The notes below the pieces were generated by a model. That model had not been told where the DNA came from, ran no database searches, and saw only the letters and a list, made by a program, of their open reading frames with translations. DNA of 63,162 bases, the filler included, from Reclinomonas americana ATCC 50394 (Eukaryota): the NCBI GenBank assembly GCA_048213135.1. It is 20 parts of 20 records of this genome, joined end to end, with 100 filler letters (N's around TTAATTAATTAA, not from the genome) between each part and the next. Parts side by side here need not be neighbours in the genome. Positions count along the whole stretch, not along the records: positions 61,048 to 63,162 come from AFZH01023687.1; 19 more parts are not named here. One strand, written 5' to 3'. Numbering within the stretch: position 1 is the first letter of the stretch; each line of letters starts with the position of its first letter. Both the position numbers and the translations under genes were made by a program. Positions 61,524-63,162 of the stretch are shown here, piece after piece.

Positions 61524-63162
61524 CAGGCGACGACCTCACTGATCTTGAGCGTCCGCCGGATCACGCCGCGCTCCCCGTTCTCATAGGCGATGGTGGCGTC
61601 GAACACGGTCTCGGTCGCCCCGCTGTAGAGCGCCTCGATCAGCGAGGCGTAGGTGGTCTCGATGGTGTTGCGGCGCAGCTTGCGGGTGCGGGTGATCTCG
61701 CCGTCGTCGGCGTCGAAATCCTTGTGCAGGTTCGAGAAGCGCCTGATGCGCAGGCCGTCCGGCTGCGTGCCGTTGACGTGCCTGACCACCTGGCCGATCA
61801 GCGCCTGCACCTCGGGCCGCTGCGAGAGCTCGGCATAGGAGGTGTAGGAGATGCCGCGCTCCTCGGCCCAGTGGCCGACCGCGTCGAAATCGATGCAGAC
61901 GATGGCGGTGAGCTGGTCGCGCCCGGCGCCGATCACCGCGACATTACGGATATAGGGGCTGAATTTCAGCCGGTTCTCGATGAAGTTCGGGATGTAGCGC
62001 TCGCCCGAGGCGGTGCGCACGACCTCGCTGACGCGGCCGAGCACGACGAGCTGGCCGTCCTCGTCGATGCGCCCGGCATCGCCGGTGTGCAGCCAGCCAT
62101 CGACCAGCGCCTTGGCGCTGCTTTCGGGATCGTCATAGTAGCCGTCAACCACCGAGGTGGAGCGCACCAGGATCTCGCCGCTGTCGTCGATCCTGATCTG
62201 GCTACCTTCCATCGGCTTGCCGACCGTGTGCAGCTTGACCTGCCCCTCGGTCTGCGCCGCCGTCAGCGCGCAGGTCTCGGTCTGGCCGTAGAACTGCTTC
62301 AGCTTGATGCCGAGCGCCCGGAAGAACAGGAAGGTGTCCTCGCCGAGCGCTTCGCCGCCCGTGAAGGCGCGCTCGGCGCGTCCCAATCCCAGATGATCGC
62401 GCAGCGGCGCATAGACCAGCACGTTGCCGACGGCATCAAGCAGCTTTTCCGTCAGCGTCAGTGAGCCCCCGGCGAGGCGCTTGCGCTCGTAGGCGACGGC
62501 GCGCTCCATCGTCGTCTCGAACAGCCAGCGCTTGAACGGCGTCGAGTTCTTCATGCCGACCTGGACGCGGGTCAGCATCTGGTCCCAGGCGCGCGGCGCG
62601 GCGAGATAGAAGGTCGGCGAGACCTCGCGCAGGTCGCGCATCACCGTCTCCTGGCGCTCGGGGATGTTGATCGTCGCCGCCATCATCATGCCGGCGCCCA
62701 GCGTGAAGACGAAGTCGCCGACCCAGGCGGTGGGCAGATAGGCGTAGAGTTCCTCGTGCTGGCGGAAATAGCCGCTCGCCCTCGCGTTGAGCAGGCCGCC
62801 GGTGACGTTGCGATGGCGCAGCGGGATACCCTTGGGCAGGCCCGTCGTGCCGGATGAGTGCAGCAGCACGGAGATGTCGTCGGCCTGCGGCTCGTCGACG
62901 AAGCGCCTGAGGAGATTGGGCTCGCGCGCCAGCCGCTCGCGGCCCTTGGCGACCAGTGCATCGAGCGACATCAGACCGGGCAGGTCGTAGGTATCGAGCC
63001 CACGCTCGTCATCGTAGAGGATGGTGGCGACGCGGCCGGTCGCGTCGCGCAGCTGCAGCAGCTTGTCGACCTGCTCCTGATCCTCGGCGATGCCGACGGG
63101 CGGCGCGCCATGGCGGGTCGCGACGATCAGCTCCTCGAGCGGAACGTCCGGAAAGACCGGCG
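61523..63162 (-). CDS. Long-chain acyl-CoA synthetase (AMP-binding); 5' end beyond the window
   Basis: Motifs SSGTTGLPKG, YGQTE, WLHTGDAG, IENRLKFSPYI and EITRTRKLRR. Confidence 0.93.
   Translation of the reverse strand, partial: PVFPDVPLEELIVATRHGAPPVGIAEDQEQVDKLLQLRDATGRVATILYDDERGLDTYDLPGLMSLDALVAKGRERLAREPNLLRRFVDEPQADDISVLLHSSGTTGLPKGIPLRHRNVTGGLLNARASGYFRQHEELYAYLPTAWVGDFVFTLGAGMMMAATINIPERQETVMRDLREVSPTFYLAAPRAWDQMLTRVQVGMKNSTPFKRWLFETTMERAVAYERKRLAGGSLTLTEKLLDAVGNVLVYAPLRDHLGLGRAERAFTGGEALGEDTFLFFRALGIKLKQFYGQTETCALTAAQTEGQVKLHTVGKPMEGSQIRIDDSGEILVRSTSVVDGYYDDPESSAKALVDGWLHTGDAGRIDEDGQLVVLGRVSEVVRTASGERYIPNFIENRLKFSPYIRNVAVIGAGRDQLTAIVCIDFDAVGHWAEERGISYTSYAELSQRPEVQALIGQVVRHVNGTQPDGLRIRRFSNLHKDFDADDGEITRTRKLRRNTIETTYASLIEALYSGATETVFDATIAYENGERGVIRRTLKISEVVA

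Noticed and set aside
54665..63162. Horizontal transfer of a bacterial operon into the protist genome
   Set aside because: The only link is an artificial spacer, and there are no introns, decay or compositional amelioration.

Overview
The window is an assembly of 20 contigs joined by identical 100-nt artificial spacers (N-run, TTAATTAATTAA, N-run). Several genes continue across spacers, so most contigs appear to be in scaffold order. Bases 1-54564 are compact, GC-rich, intron-dense eukaryotic DNA from a flagellated protist; an amoebozoan-like identity is inference only. This part encodes a Zn2Cys6 transcription factor, an ODF3/SHIPPO-repeat protein, OFD1, a type II membrane protein with a 22-aa tandem repeat, three tandem paralogues of a giant secreted H-type-lectin/EGF/BNR-propeller protein, a membrane-anchored aspartic protease, endonuclease V, a NACHT-pentapeptide-WD40 NLR-like protein, LRRCC1/VFL1, a putative His-rich peptide, ATG16L and tRNA-Arg(UCU). 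Bases 54665-63162 are intron-free alphaproteobacterial-type DNA: an acyl-CoA ligase/Liv-type ABC transporter/PaaK-like ligase/enoyl-CoA hydratase operon, most likely from a co-assembled bacterium. The most unusual signals are (1) more than 20 predicted introns with a non-consensus GTTGCG(T) donor, (2) a tRNA-Arg gene with an 11-nt insert at position 8/9 that folds into a bulge-helix-loop, suggesting a non-canonical tRNA intron, (3) the modular giant secreted protein family, and (4) an apparently N-acylated NLR-like protein of the Mortierella/Mycoavidus architecture. All gene models were built by eye, and no database searches were run.
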